Shown here: positions 35,839 to 45,640 of the stretch, one piece after another
How the letters are laid out: the number at the start of each line of letters is the position of its first letter
Numbering within the stretch: the stretch's first letter is position 1
NCBI GenBank assembly: GCA_044376115.1
Contig: JBILLK010000006.1
Span: 192,001 to 256,000, forward strand
Direction: 5' to 3'
DNA: 64,000 bases
From: Polyangiaceae bacterium
Lineage (GTDB): Bacteria; Myxococcota_A; Polyangia; Polyangiales; Polyangiaceae
The notes under the pieces: generated by a model
Seen by the model: the letters and a program-made list of their open reading frames with translations, nothing else
Databases searched by the model: none
Told to the model about the DNA's origin: nothing
Position numbers and translations under genes: made by a program

Positions 35839-36801
35839 ATGGTTCGCGGTCGTTTTGCCCCGTCGCCTACCGGGGCGCTTCACCTCGGCGGGCTCGCCAC
35901 AGCGCTCTTCGCTTACGCCAGCGCACGCAAGGCGCAGGGGCGTTGCGTGCTGCGCGTGGAGGATTTGGACGGACCGCGGATGGTTCCGGGGGCCCTCGCG
36001 GAGCAACTCGACGATCTTGCGTGGCTCGGTTTGCGCTTCGATGAAGGGCCCGACGCTGGGGACTACGGTCCCTACGTGCAATCCCAACGCGTCGAACTGT
36101 ATCAAGCGGTCGTGACGCACCTCGCCGAGCGTGGACGGGTCTACCCGTGTGACTGCTCACGCAAAGAGCTTCGCGCAGGTCAGCCCGATCTTCCGACCGT
36201 GGTCGCGGCGCCGCACCTCGGTGAGGAGGGAGCTCCCTACGTGGGGACCTGCCGTCCGCGGGGCAATAGGCCGAAGGACTCGTTTCGACGTCCTCCGGCG
36301 TTGCGGCTGGTCACCTCGCACGAGCCAACACGCTACGTGGATGCACTGCGCGGTGAGCTCGAAGAGGACGTCGCTGAGCTGGTTGGCGACTTCATTTTAT
36401 GCCGTGGAGACGGCGTTTTTGCGTATCAGCTCGCCGTATCGGTCGATGACGCGGCGATGGCGATCAGCGAGGTCGTACGCGGCTCTGACTTGCGGTCATC
36501 GGCCGCTCGGCAGGCCTACCTGATTCGCCTGCTTGGTGGAGTCCCGCCGAGCTACCTCCACGTCCCTGTTCTGGTTGGGGCCGATGGCGCAAAGCTCTCC
36601 AAACGTGACGGCGGGAGCAGCGTGCGCAGCTACCGCGATGCAGGCGTCGCACCCGAGCGGTTGATCGGTGTGCTCGCGCAAGCCTACGGTCAGCCCGTTG
36701 CGAATGATTGTTCGCTCGAGCGGCTGGTGTCTGCCTTTGACCCACGCCTGTTTCCCGAGGAGCATGTGCCACTGTCGCGGATTCGCGAAGCTCTGTCGTA
36801 A
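35839..36801 (+). CDS. gluQ: Glutamyl-Q tRNA(Asp) synthetase
   Basis: GRFAPSPTGALHLG, RVEDLD, CDCSRK...YVGTCR, YQLAVSVDD, KLSKR; no anticodon-binding domain. Confidence 0.92.
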   Translation: MVRGRFAPSPTGALHLGGLATALFAYASARKAQGRCVLRVEDLDGPRMVPGALAEQLDDLAWLGLRFDEGPDAGDYGPYVQSQRVELYQAVVTHLAERGRVYPCDCSRKELRAGQPDLPTVVAAPHLGEEGAPYVGTCRPRGNRPKDSFRRPPALRLVTSHEPTRYVDALRGELEEDVAELVGDFILCRGDGVFAYQLAVSVDDAAMAISEVVRGSDLRSSAARQAYLIRLLGGVPPSYLHVPVLVGADGAKLSKRDGGSSVRSYRDAGVAPERLIGVLAQAYGQPVANDCSLERLVSAFDPRLFPEEHVPLSRIREALS

Positions 36802-36809
36802 CGAGTACC

Positions 36810-37685
36810 ATGCGCCCGGTGGCGCGCTTTGTCCCAGATTCGCTGATCGGCCGAGAGTTGCCGGGAACGAGCGCGAGCTATCGTCTCGTGCACTACATCT
36901 CGAGCGGTGGCATCGCCCACATCTACCTGGCTCAGTCGCAAGGGCAGCAGCTGGTGATCAAGCTGCTCCGTCCTGAGCTCGCCGCGAACGTTGAGGTGGT
37001 CGAGCGGTTTCAGCGCGAGGCTCGTCTCGCGCGGCGGGTGCACAGCGAGGGCGTCGTTCGAGTGGTTGAGGAGGTGATGGAATACGCCTCCTACGTATTC
37101 TTCGTCTCCGAGCATTTGACTGGGGTGGACGTTGCGGATCTGCTCGGCGCCCGCAAGCGCATTGCTCCCGCGCGGGCCCTTCGCATCTCGCTTGGAGCGG
37201 CTTTGGGGCTTGCCGCCGCCCATCAGGTTGGCATCGTTCACCGCGATGTGAAGCCCGAGAACCTATTCCTGGTTCACCTCCCGGACGGTCGCGAGTTGGT
37301 CAAGGTGCTGGATTTCGGCATGGCGCTCGACCTTGGCTCGACGTCCCGAACCGAGGGGGGCTTTGTCGGCACGCCAGGGTACGCGAGCCCGGAGCAAAGC
37401 CACGGCGCTGTTCCTCATCCCACCGCTGACGTTTACAGCCTTGGGGTGGTCCTCTACGAGATGCTCGCGGGAGCCCCGCCTTTTTCAGCTAGAAGCTGGG
37501 TGGACCTGCTCTCGTTGCATGCGCTTTCTCCGCCTCCGACCATCCCCGGATTGCCAGCGTCGCTTGAGGAAGTGCTGCAAAAGGCCTTGATGAAACGGCC
37601 CTCTGAACGGTTTGCCTCGATGGAGGCCTTCATTGCTGCAAAGAAGGAGGTCCTGGCGGGACTTTCTGCGCCCCGCACCGGTTGA
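36810..37685 (+). CDS. Hanks-type Ser/Thr protein kinase (kinase domain only)
   Basis: VIKLL, RFQREA, HRDVKPEN, DFG, GTPGYASPEQ, DVYSLG. Confidence 0.93.
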   Translation: MRPVARFVPDSLIGRELPGTSASYRLVHYISSGGIAHIYLAQSQGQQLVIKLLRPELAANVEVVERFQREARLARRVHSEGVVRVVEEVMEYASYVFFVSEHLTGVDVADLLGARKRIAPARALRISLGAALGLAAAHQVGIVHRDVKPENLFLVHLPDGRELVKVLDFGMALDLGSTSRTEGGFVGTPGYASPEQSHGAVPHPTADVYSLGVVLYEMLAGAPPFSARSWVDLLSLHALSPPPTIPGLPASLEEVLQKALMKRPSERFASMEAFIAAKKEVLAGLSAPRTG

Positions 37686-37827
37686 GCTTTGCCGCTCGGC
37701 GCACCTCTGCTATTCCGAGCAGGTTCCACACGAGTGGACGTTATCTCCCCCGAGGCATGACCTTTCGCTCGCACCCTCTGCGAGGCCGAAGCAGTCATCC
37801 CTTTTGGGTCCCTTCGGGGACGGTGTC

Positions 37828-39537
37828 ATGAAACGGAAGTCGGTTCGATCGCGTGATGAAGAAACGCCTCTCACAGAGGAGGCGGGTCCGTCACCAACAA
37901 CTCCCTCGCTTGAACCTGCCGATAGTCTCGAGTCGGCTGCGGAAGCGCGTCCGTCCCCCGAGCGGCGTTCACGGAAATCGCGTTCCACCCGAACCACGAC
38001 CGATTTTGTCCGCTCCGCCGACGGCACCGCTGAAGTCCCAGTCGAGCGCCCGGTGCGCTCTTGGAGCGACCAAGCGTTCGCCACGCCTGCCGCTGAAGCA
38101 CCCGTAGTTGACGCCCCGCGTCCCCGCTCCCAGCCGCCCACTCCGCGCGGACGTCGCGAGCGCGTCCCCGCAGTCGTCGAATCGGGCGATGACGCCGCAA
38201 TGCCGGGCTTTCGCTTCACTGAAACCCCCTCCGCCGTGGTTTCCCAGGAGCCGGCCCATGGCGAGCATTCGGCCCACCCTGCGCGTCGCGTCGCCGTTCC
38301 GCTCGATGAAGACAAGATCGATCAGGACGTGCAGAAGGTCATTCGGCGCCTGACGCGTAGCGGCTACGAGGCGTACCTCGTCGGTGGCTGCGTTCGGGAC
38401 TTGTTGCTCGATCGCCGGCCCAAGGATTTCGACGTGGCAACGTCCGCGCGGCCGGAAGAAGTGCGCGCGCTGTTCCGCAACTCGCAGGTCATCGGGCGGC
38501 GCTTCCGCCTGGTTCACGTGCGCTTCCACGGCGGCAAAGTGATCGAAGTGGCGACCTTCCGCCGCAAGCCGGTGATCGAAACCAACGAAGACGGTGAGGG
38601 CGGCATGATTCGCTCGGACAACGTTTTCGGTGAAGCGCATGAAGATGCGCTGCGCAGAGACTTTACGATCAATGCGCTGTTTTACGATCTGGACCGTCGA
38701 GAGATCCTTGATTGGGTGGGCGGGCTGGAGGACATCGAGCGTCGGGTGGTCAACACCATCGGTGATCCGGTGGTCCGCTTCCGAGAAGATCCGGTTCGTA
38801 TCTTGCGTGCCCTCAAGTTCGCCGGCCGTCTGGATCTCGGCATTGCGCCGCATGTCTACGATGCGATCGTCTTCTGCCGAGGCACCCTGGAGTTGGCTGC
38901 GCGCGCTCGCGTCGCCGAAGAGGTGCTCCGCTTGCTGCGCGGTGGTCGCGCCCGTCGCACCATTTTCTTAGCCTGGGAGACGGGCGTGCTCGAGCTGCTG
39001 CTGCCCGAGCTGGCCGCCATCCTTTACGATTCGTTCGCCTTTGAGGGGGATCCCGCTGAGTCGGCCGCTCACCGCATCTTCCGCTTGCTCGAGTACATCG
39101 ACAACGCGACCGAGACGCGCAGTGCGCTCGAGGACACGGTGCTCTGGACCTTGTTGCTCCTGGAGCCTTTGAAAGAGGCCGCGGACGGCTCGTCGGATCC
39201 CAGCGGCGCCGCCATCGACTTGCTCGAGCCGATGATGGACCGCTTGGCGATTCCGCGCCGTTTCTCTGACGGCATGCGTCGCATCTTGCAGGCCCTCCCG
39301 AGGATCTTGGCGGGCAAAGTGAGTCGCTTTGCGAAGTCGGAGTTGTTCGGGGCTTCGCTCGACGTAGCAGAAGCCGACCTGTACGCGCGCAATCGGCCGA
39401 CCGAGGCGATCGCGCGCCAACGTCAAATGCTCCATTCCACCACCAGCGAGCCCGCTGGAACCCACGCCGAGCCAGCTCCTCACGGTGCTGCGCGGTTGCG
39501 TCCGCGTCGCCGCGTCCGCGCCCCGCGGGTGCTGTGA
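37828..39537 (+). CDS. pcnB: Poly(A) polymerase I with long disordered N-terminus
   Basis: VGGCVRDLL, KDFDVAT, PAP signature VIGRRFRLVHV, RRDFTINAL, EDPVRILRA. Confidence 0.93.
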   Translation: MKRKSVRSRDEETPLTEEAGPSPTTPSLEPADSLESAAEARPSPERRSRKSRSTRTTTDFVRSADGTAEVPVERPVRSWSDQAFATPAAEAPVVDAPRPRSQPPTPRGRRERVPAVVESGDDAAMPGFRFTETPSAVVSQEPAHGEHSAHPARRVAVPLDEDKIDQDVQKVIRRLTRSGYEAYLVGGCVRDLLLDRRPKDFDVATSARPEEVRALFRNSQVIGRRFRLVHVRFHGGKVIEVATFRRKPVIETNEDGEGGMIRSDNVFGEAHEDALRRDFTINALFYDLDRREILDWVGGLEDIERRVVNTIGDPVVRFREDPVRILRALKFAGRLDLGIAPHVYDAIVFCRGTLELAARARVAEEVLRLLRGGRARRTIFLAWETGVLELLLPELAAILYDSFAFEGDPAESAAHRIFRLLEYIDNATETRSALEDTVLWTLLLLEPLKEAADGSSDPSGAAIDLLEPMMDRLAIPRRFSDGMRRILQALPRILAGKVSRFAKSELFGASLDVAEADLYARNRPTEAIARQRQMLHSTTSEPAGTHAEPAPHGAARLRPRRRVRAPRVL

Positions 39538-39541
39538 CGGC

Positions 39542-39877
39542 ATGCGTGATGACGTCCCGGAGGACTGTCGATCCTGCGGGGCGTGCTGCTTCGGGACCCC
39601 GAGCCACGTGCGCGTTTGGGGCGTGGATTATGCCCGGCTCGGTGATTCGGCCGAGTCGATGGTCCGCTGGACCGCGGACAAGGCGTTCTTGAGGGTCGTG
39701 GAAACGCGCTGCGAGCAGCTCGTTCGGGGACCCGAGGGCGTTGCTTGCTCCATCTACGAGCAGCGACCCGACGCCTGTCGAGATTTTGTTCGGGGGTCAG
39801 CCGCCTGCGAGGCCGAATTGGATCGCAAGAACCCCAAGGCATTGGCCTTTTTGCGACAGGCTGTCGTGGACTCATGA
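39542..39877 (+). CDS. YkgJ family Cys-cluster protein
   Basis: CRSCGACC ... C ... CSIYEQRPDACR. Confidence 0.88.
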   Translation: MRDDVPEDCRSCGACCFGTPSHVRVWGVDYARLGDSAESMVRWTADKAFLRVVETRCEQLVRGPEGVACSIYEQRPDACRDFVRGSAACEAELDRKNPKALAFLRQAVVDS

Positions 39878-39973
39878 ATCATCTCCGCCTGAGGCGGAGC
39901 AGCGCCGAGACCGATGTCGAGTCGGACGAGGAGCTTGTGTGCTAGGACGTTCGACTCGGCAAAGGAAGGTCTC

Positions 39974-40159
39974 ATGGGTAACGAAGGTTTCATGAAGCGC
40001 CAGAAGGAGCGCCAGCGCGCTGATAAACAGAAGGAGAAGGCGCAGAAACGTGCTGAGCGCGCCCGCGACGCCACGCGCCGCCCGGACGGTGAGGCAGGGG
40101 TGGACCCTGATCTCGTCGGCATCGTTCCCGGTCCGCAGCCGGTGGTTGAAGATCCCTAG
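39974..40159 (+). CDS. Small charged protein
   Basis: SD AAGGAAGG; KRQKERQRADKQKEKAQKR...DPDLVGIVPGPQP. Confidence 0.75.
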   Translation: MGNEGFMKRQKERQRADKQKEKAQKRAERARDATRRPDGEAGVDPDLVGIVPGPQPVVEDP

Positions 40160-40171
40160 CGGCCTTTTGCA

Positions 40172-40224
40172 GAGGACCGTCGAGGTTGTGAGCGCGTGAG
40201 CCCTGACCTCGAGGCCCGGTCCTC
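40172..40224 (+). terminator. Hairpin after the small charged protein gene
   Basis: GAGGACCG/CGGTCCTC and TCGAGGT/ACCTCGA arms. Confidence 0.5.
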
Positions 40225-40306
40225 GTTAACCAGGGTTCACAGCGGCGTTCAATTCTCGGGCAGAACGGCCTGTCTGTGTTGGCGCACCGCGTGCTAAGTG
40301 CACGGC

Positions 40307-41134
40307 ATGAAGACCCCGTCCGTTTTCGTACTGCTTGGTCTCGTGACGATTGCTGGTTCGGGCTGCATCATCATCGACGACGACGACTGCGACGGGTTCG
40401 GAGAGTGCAGTAACCCGACCGGGGGAACCTCCGCTGGTGCTGGCGGGACTGGTGGCTCAGCGGGGGGCGCCGGTGGGGAAGGTGGCGCCGGCGGGGAAGG
40501 CGGCGTTGGTGGGCAAGGCGGTGGTGCTCCTGCTTGTGATCCAGCCGTCGTGCTGTGTCCCTGCGGTGAAGACGGTGCTTGCGCAGAGGGCCTCGCCTGC
40601 ATCGAAGGCAACTGCGCGATCCCCTGCAACTTCGATTTCGAATGTCAGTCGCAGGAGGTTTGCGCGGCCGGGCAGTGCGTACTCGCTTGCGGTCCGGATG
40701 CAGCTTGCCCGGCGCACTTCGATTGTGTGGGGACAGCGTGTTTGCCCGACCCAGACTCGTTCGAGTGCAAGCAAGGTGCTGATTGCGAAACGGGCTATTG
40801 CGTCAACGGAGACTGCACTTCGCCCTGCGCCTTGAACGCAGATTGCCCTGCCGGGGAGGTCTGTGAGATCGCGAGTGGCACCTGCATCGACGACACCTCG
40901 CCGACTCCTTCGTGCTCCGCGGAAGAGCCTTGCGCGGGCGACGGCCAGGATTGCCTCGAGGGCGTTTGCCGCTACGGCTGTGACAGTCTCGAGGCCTGCA
41001 AGCTGATTGATGGTCGCTTCGACGCTTGCGACGCGGGCGTATGCAAAACGCAGGAGGAGGTTGCTCCGCAGTGCACCTTCTCCGAGCCGTGCGCTTCGGG
41101 GGCGCTCTGCATCTCGAACGTTTGTATCGAGTGA
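40307..41134 (+). CDS. Cys-rich repeat lipoprotein
   Basis: Lipobox GSGC, Gly-rich linker, repeated C-x4/5-C-x4/5-C-x4-C modules. Confidence 0.8.
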   Translation: MKTPSVFVLLGLVTIAGSGCIIIDDDDCDGFGECSNPTGGTSAGAGGTGGSAGGAGGEGGAGGEGGVGGQGGGAPACDPAVVLCPCGEDGACAEGLACIEGNCAIPCNFDFECQSQEVCAAGQCVLACGPDAACPAHFDCVGTACLPDPDSFECKQGADCETGYCVNGDCTSPCALNADCPAGEVCEIASGTCIDDTSPTPSCSAEEPCAGDGQDCLEGVCRYGCDSLEACKLIDGRFDACDAGVCKTQEEVAPQCTFSEPCASGALCISNVCIE

Positions 41135-41154
41135 CGCGCGCGGTTCGCCGGCGG

Positions 41155-41183
41155 TTGACCCAGACAACGAGGCTCGATAAGTC
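41155..41183 (+). promoter_or_regulatory. Putative sigma70 promoter of skp-fabZ (leaderless)
   Basis: TTGACC-N17-TAAGTC-N7-ATG. Confidence 0.55.
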
Positions 41184-41190
41184 ATGCCTC

Positions 41191-41718
41191 ATGAGCTGGC
41201 TTCGCACAGGGCCTTTCGTTGCTCTCATGAGCTGTGTCCTGCTGACCGTAGCCACCCCCTCCGCCTTCGCCGAGGGCGGCGTGGCGGTGGTGGACCTTCA
41301 GGGCGCCGTGATGCAAACCGAGGAAGGTCTGAAGGCGCAGGCGCAGTTGAAAAAGCTGCTGGATCGGCGCCAGATCGATCTCGATGCGAAGCAGACGTCG
41401 CTGGCGCGAACCCGCGCAGATATCGAGAGGCAGTCGCGAATCCTGTCGCGCGACGCTTTGACGCGGCGGATGGAGTGGTGGCAACGCGAGATGCTCACGT
41501 TGCAAGGCTCCTTCGTTGACTACAACAAGGAGCTCGAGAAGCGTCAGACCGAGCTGACTGGGCCGATCATTCAACGGATGATCGCCATCATCACCAAGCT
41601 CGCACGGCAAAACGGCTACGACCTGGTGATCGATAAGCGCGCCGCACCGTACTCGCGCTCCGACTTGGACCTCACCGACCGCGTCGTGCAGATGTACAAC
41701 GCCGGGGATTCCGGCTAG
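41191..41718 (+). CDS. skp: OmpH/Skp periplasmic chaperone
   Basis: Signal peptide, VAVVDLQ, coiled coil, GYDLVID...DLTDRV. Confidence 0.9.
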   Translation: MSWLRTGPFVALMSCVLLTVATPSAFAEGGVAVVDLQGAVMQTEEGLKAQAQLKKLLDRRQIDLDAKQTSLARTRADIERQSRILSRDALTRRMEWWQREMLTLQGSFVDYNKELEKRQTELTGPIIQRMIAIITKLARQNGYDLVIDKRAAPYSRSDLDLTDRVVQMYNAGDSG

Positions 41719-41727
41719 AAACGCGGC

Positions 41728-42189
41728 GTGTCACACGAAGCGACGTCGAAGCTCGACATCCACCAAATCCTGTCGATTCTTCCCCATCGCTACCCGCTGG
41801 TGATGGTCGATCGAGTGACCGAGATCGTTCCGCTCAAACACGCACGCGGTCACAAGTGCGTGGCGTACAACGAGCCGTGGTTCCAGGGTCACTTCCCAAC
41901 CCGGCCGATCATGCCGGGCGTGCTGATCTTGGAGGCTCTGGCGCAGCTCGGCGGCATCCTCGCGTACGCCAGCGAGCCGTTTGACGCGACCAACAAGCTG
42001 ATGTTCTTCCTCGGGATCGACAAGGCGAAGTTTCGCCGGCCGGTGGAGCCCGGAGATCGCTTGGACTTATTGGTGGAATTGGTGCACCACCGCAGCAACG
42101 TGTGGAAGCTGAAGGGCGAGGGGACGGTTGAGGGCAAGCTCTGCGCGGAAGCGGAGCTGCTTGCCTCCGTGGTGGACCGTCCCGAATGA
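41728..42189 (+). CDS. fabZ: 3-hydroxyacyl-ACP dehydratase
   Basis: LPHRYPLVMVDRV, FQGHFP..PIMPGVLILEALAQ, KFRRPVEPGD. Confidence 0.97.
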   Translation: MSHEATSKLDIHQILSILPHRYPLVMVDRVTEIVPLKHARGHKCVAYNEPWFQGHFPTRPIMPGVLILEALAQLGGILAYASEPFDATNKLMFFLGIDKAKFRRPVEPGDRLDLLVELVHHRSNVWKLKGEGTVEGKLCAEAELLASVVDRPE

Positions 42190-42242
42190 TGCTTTGGACC
42201 GCGCAATCAACGCGGGTGGAACTTTTCGCTAGCCGTGCTTTC

Positions 42243-42257
42243 ATGAGCTACGCATGA
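42243..42257 (+). other. Candidate leaderless 4-codon uORF (MSYA*) overlapping the next ATG
   Basis: GCTAGCCG-N7-ATGAGCTACGCATGA; TGA 42255-42257 overlaps ATG 42254. Confidence 0.35.
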
Positions 42258-43879
42258 AGCAACGCGTCGTTCCCGCCTCTGAGCCAGGTCGCACTCAATC
42301 GGCGCTGAGTCACGCGGCGACCGCGCGCATGGTGGCGAAGCTGATGGCTGTGACGACGCTTTGTCTCACGTTGCCGGCGGATGCTCAGAACTCCGTCTCT
42401 CACGAGTACGTTGCGCCGGATCCGAAGGAAGACGTCTCGCTCGCCGCAACCACGCTCGACGGCAATCTCCCAGCCGCACTCGAGACGCAGAGCGGTGTTG
42501 CGACTGCGCCCGATCCGCGGCGGCCGCCCGACCCGAACCATCTCTACACCGGCGGCTCCACGGATGACTCGCCCGATAGCACCTTTCCCCCGGATCGCGA
42601 CACGCGCCAGCCAACGATCGAGAACTACGACGATCCGTTCTCTCCGGCGACGACCCCGTTCAAGCGGCTGCGGGCGTACGACACCTTCGACAGTGACTAC
42701 AACCTCAAGGTGGCCAGTCGGCAAACCACAACGGTGCCGGTCGGCGGAGAACTCGCGTCGGGGGATGACCCTTTTTACGCGGACTTGAGCGTTGAGCTGC
42801 TCGCGGATGACCTCGTGCGTATTCCGACGGTGGGGCCCGGTTCACGCATCCTGAAGATGCACGTTTCTCCCGCGACCACGGTCTCAATCGTCCGTGATGG
42901 CGCTGACAACTGGTTCTTGCGAGGCAGTGAGCGCAAGCGTGTTCGCGTCGTGATGCAGCTGGCGATTCCGCGTTCCACCTTCGGCTCTGACTTCGCGGAC
43001 GTGGACTGGTCTCGCATCGAGTCGATGGTCGCACCCACTGGCAGGAGGCCGCGCACCGACGCTGTGTTTTCGGCGATCGGAATCGATCGCGGGATGCGGC
43101 CCAAGATAGTGCTCGGGAAGATGGTGCAGTACTTCCGTGCCTTCGCGCCGTCGAATGATCCGCCGAAAACGCACGGCGACATTTACCTCGATCTCGCCCT
43201 GTCGAAGAAGGGCGTGTGCCGTCATCGCGCCTTCGCCTTCTTGGTCACGGCGCTGTCGATCGGTCTCCCGGCCCGCATGGTCGTCAATGAGGCTCATGCT
43301 TGGGTCGAGGCTTATGACGGCTCGCTTTGGCACCGGATTGATCTTGGTGGAGCTGCGCTCGACCTCGATCAAGAGGTGGACCTGAATCAGCCGCAGCATG
43401 ATCCACCCGCGGATCCGTATGACTGGCCCGACGGCGCCCGCGACAACTCCGGTGAGAATCTCGGCAACAAGGATCGGGAGCAGAACGATACGCCTGGACC
43501 AACCGATCCCAATGATCCCAACGGTTCCTCAGCGCTCCCCGACCCTTCGCTCGATCCGTCCAATCAGTCCCCGGTCAACCCCGACGCAGCCGAGTCGACG
43601 GTCAAGCTGGAGCTGATCGACAAGGCCTTGCTGCGCGGGAAGCCGCTGCGGCTCAAGGGCTCGGTTACGTCGAAGGAGCAGCCTTGCAAGAACGTCCGCG
43701 TTGACGTGATGGTGCGCGGTTCGGATGACGTACGGCGAACCATTGGCGCCGTACCAACCGTCGACGACGGTAGCTTTGACGGCGCGCTGGTCATCCCGCG
43801 GGACCTTCCTACCGGGGACTATTCGGTTTTCGCGACCACCCGCGGTGACAGGACCTGCGGCGCAGGCCGCTCTGACTGA
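42254..43879 (+). CDS. Secreted transglutaminase-like domain protein with C-terminal Ig-like domain
   Basis: Cys-His-Asp triad GVCRH / HAWVE / WHRID. Confidence 0.85.
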   Translation: MKQRVVPASEPGRTQSALSHAATARMVAKLMAVTTLCLTLPADAQNSVSHEYVAPDPKEDVSLAATTLDGNLPAALETQSGVATAPDPRRPPDPNHLYTGGSTDDSPDSTFPPDRDTRQPTIENYDDPFSPATTPFKRLRAYDTFDSDYNLKVASRQTTTVPVGGELASGDDPFYADLSVELLADDLVRIPTVGPGSRILKMHVSPATTVSIVRDGADNWFLRGSERKRVRVVMQLAIPRSTFGSDFADVDWSRIESMVAPTGRRPRTDAVFSAIGIDRGMRPKIVLGKMVQYFRAFAPSNDPPKTHGDIYLDLALSKKGVCRHRAFAFLVTALSIGLPARMVVNEAHAWVEAYDGSLWHRIDLGGAALDLDQEVDLNQPQHDPPADPYDWPDGARDNSGENLGNKDREQNDTPGPTDPNDPNGSSALPDPSLDPSNQSPVNPDAAESTVKLELIDKALLRGKPLRLKGSVTSKEQPCKNVRVDVMVRGSDDVRRTIGAVPTVDDGSFDGALVIPRDLPTGDYSVFATTRGDRTCGAGRSD

Positions 43880-43927
43880 GCCGCGGACCTCGCTCCGACG
43901 GAGCGCTCCGTCGGAGGCGAGCGGCTC
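43878..43927. terminator. Long hairpin between convergent genes with a perfect 24-bp palindrome
   Basis: CTCCGACGGAGCGCTCCGTCGGAG (43893-43916) inside GAGCCGC...GCGGCTC. Confidence 0.7.
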
Positions 43928-43937
43928 GCTACTGCGC

Positions 43938-45560
43938 TTACTGCACGGTGAGCGTACCGGCGTTGTTCGTCGAGTAGCCGTCGGAGCTTCCAGCGTCTCC
44001 TGCGTCGCAGAAAAGCCAGGTTGCTCCGCCGTCAGCGCTGAAGCGGTAGGCGAAGTCGTAGTTGCCCACGTTGGGGAGCGTGAAATCGGCGAAGTATTCG
44101 TCGTTGTTCGGCTCGCCAGCTGCGCCGCCGTTGTAGCCCATGTTGGGCGTCGAGGCGGACCACGTCCACGCAGCGCTTGGGCTACTGCCGTCTGGGCCAA
44201 AGCCAAACTGCGCGAGCAAGGATGGCGAGAGATCGTTTGCGGTGGATTGGTCGGTTAGGCCCGCAACGTAGACTCGCCCGTACACCGTTGCGGTGGAGCC
44301 GCTTGCACCGGTGATCGAGCTTGGGAACTGAAGCCGACAGAAGCCAACGTCGAAGTTGGTGCAGCCGCTCGTATTCAAGCCGCAGTTCGCGTCGCAGGCG
44401 AGCGAACCGGCGTTGAAGTTTGCAAGGTCTGCGCAGGTCTGACCGTTGAAGTCGACACCGTCACAGGCCTCCGAGCCCTCGACGTCGTCGTTTCCGCAAA
44501 GTGCACAGTCGCTATCGTTGAAGGTGCAGTTCGCGTTGCACGTCAGGGTGCCCGAGGCATACCCGAGCGATGCGCAACTTTGACCATTGAGCTGCGCGCC
44601 GTCACACGACTCGTTGCCATTCAGGACGTTGTTGCCGCAGGTAATGAAGGAACAACCTTGCGTGTTGAAGTCGCAGTTCGAGTCGCAGCTCAGCGAGCCT
44701 GCGTCAAAGCCGAGGCCGGTGCAGCTCTCCCCACCGAGGGCCGAGCCATCGCAGTCCTCGTTGGCGTCCACGGTCTGATTTCCGCAGTTGGTGCAGCCCG
44801 AGAGGTCCAGGGTGCAATTGGCGCATGCGAGCGTGCCCGCGGCAAACCCGGCGCTTTCGCAGGTGGCCCCTCCAAGCAGGTTTCCATCGCACTCCTCGCC
44901 TTCATCGATGCTGGCGTTGCCACACTCAGGTGCGGCTTCACAGCCCGAGGTGTCGAGCCCACCACAATCCGCCGAGCAGGTGAGCGTACCCGAGAGAAAA
45001 CCGAGCGAAGTGCAGGTCGCACCGCCGAAGTCCGAGCCGTCACAGACCTCCCCGCGTTCGACGGAGCCGTTACCGCATTCTGCTCCGGCTGACGTGCAGC
45101 CGCTGTTGTCGTGGGTGCACTCGGCGGTGCATCGCAGCTCCCCGCCGCTGAAGCCCAAAGTGAGGCAGGTGGCTTCTCCGAGCTCGTCGCCGTCGCAGAT
45201 CTCGTCTCCCTCGACGACGCCGTTCCCACAGGAGTTGGGCTGGGCATCTTCACAGTCGCTGAAGTCGAAGGAGCACTCCGCCGAACAAGCGAGGGCTCCG
45301 CTCGAGTAGCCGAGCGAGGTGCAGGTGGTGCCGTTCAGGTCCTCGCCGTCACACGCTTCGACTGCGGCGCGCACCCCGTCGCCACACGCGGGTTCCTCCT
45401 CACCACAACTCACGCTCAACGCAGCGGCCAACAAAAACGAACTGAGCGCCGGCCCCAAAACGAGCCGCCGCCCAATCCGTAGTTTCGCTAACGGGAGGTT
45501 CTCCCGCTTCGCTGATGAGCTTGGAACCGAGGTGCCCGAGGAGTTCAGCGTGTTGCTCAC
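43938..45560 (-). CDS. Surface lipoprotein with seven 6-Cys repeats and a C-terminal beta-sandwich domain
   Basis: Lipobox SVSC; CGNG..E..E.CDG....G.TC..LG...G.L.C...C......C x7; C-terminal GNYDFAYRFSADGG. Confidence 0.8.
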   Translation of the reverse strand: MSNTLNSSGTSVPSSSAKRENLPLAKLRIGRRLVLGPALSSFLLAAALSVSCGEEEPACGDGVRAAVEACDGEDLNGTTCTSLGYSSGALACSAECSFDFSDCEDAQPNSCGNGVVEGDEICDGDELGEATCLTLGFSGGELRCTAECTHDNSGCTSAGAECGNGSVERGEVCDGSDFGGATCTSLGFLSGTLTCSADCGGLDTSGCEAAPECGNASIDEGEECDGNLLGGATCESAGFAAGTLACANCTLDLSGCTNCGNQTVDANEDCDGSALGGESCTGLGFDAGSLSCDSNCDFNTQGCSFITCGNNVLNGNESCDGAQLNGQSCASLGYASGTLTCNANCTFNDSDCALCGNDDVEGSEACDGVDFNGQTCADLANFNAGSLACDANCGLNTSGCTNFDVGFCRLQFPSSITGASGSTATVYGRVYVAGLTDQSTANDLSPSLLAQFGFGPDGSSPSAAWTWSASTPNMGYNGGAAGEPNNDEYFADFTLPNVGNYDFAYRFSADGGATWLFCDAGDAGSSDGYSTNNAGTLTVQ

Positions 45561-45640
45561 GCTTCCAGCGCTATCACGACCGCCGCCGATTTGCAGCGGA
45601 CTGAGAACTCCTCGCCCTCCGGCTTGCCTCTTCCGCCCGG

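Noticed and set aside
35839..36801. GltX (glutamyl-tRNA ligase)
   Set aside because: Too short and lacks the anticodon-binding domain; the motifs fit GluQ.
37828..39537. CCA-adding enzyme
   Set aside because: It carries the poly(A) polymerase signature VIGRRFRLVHV.
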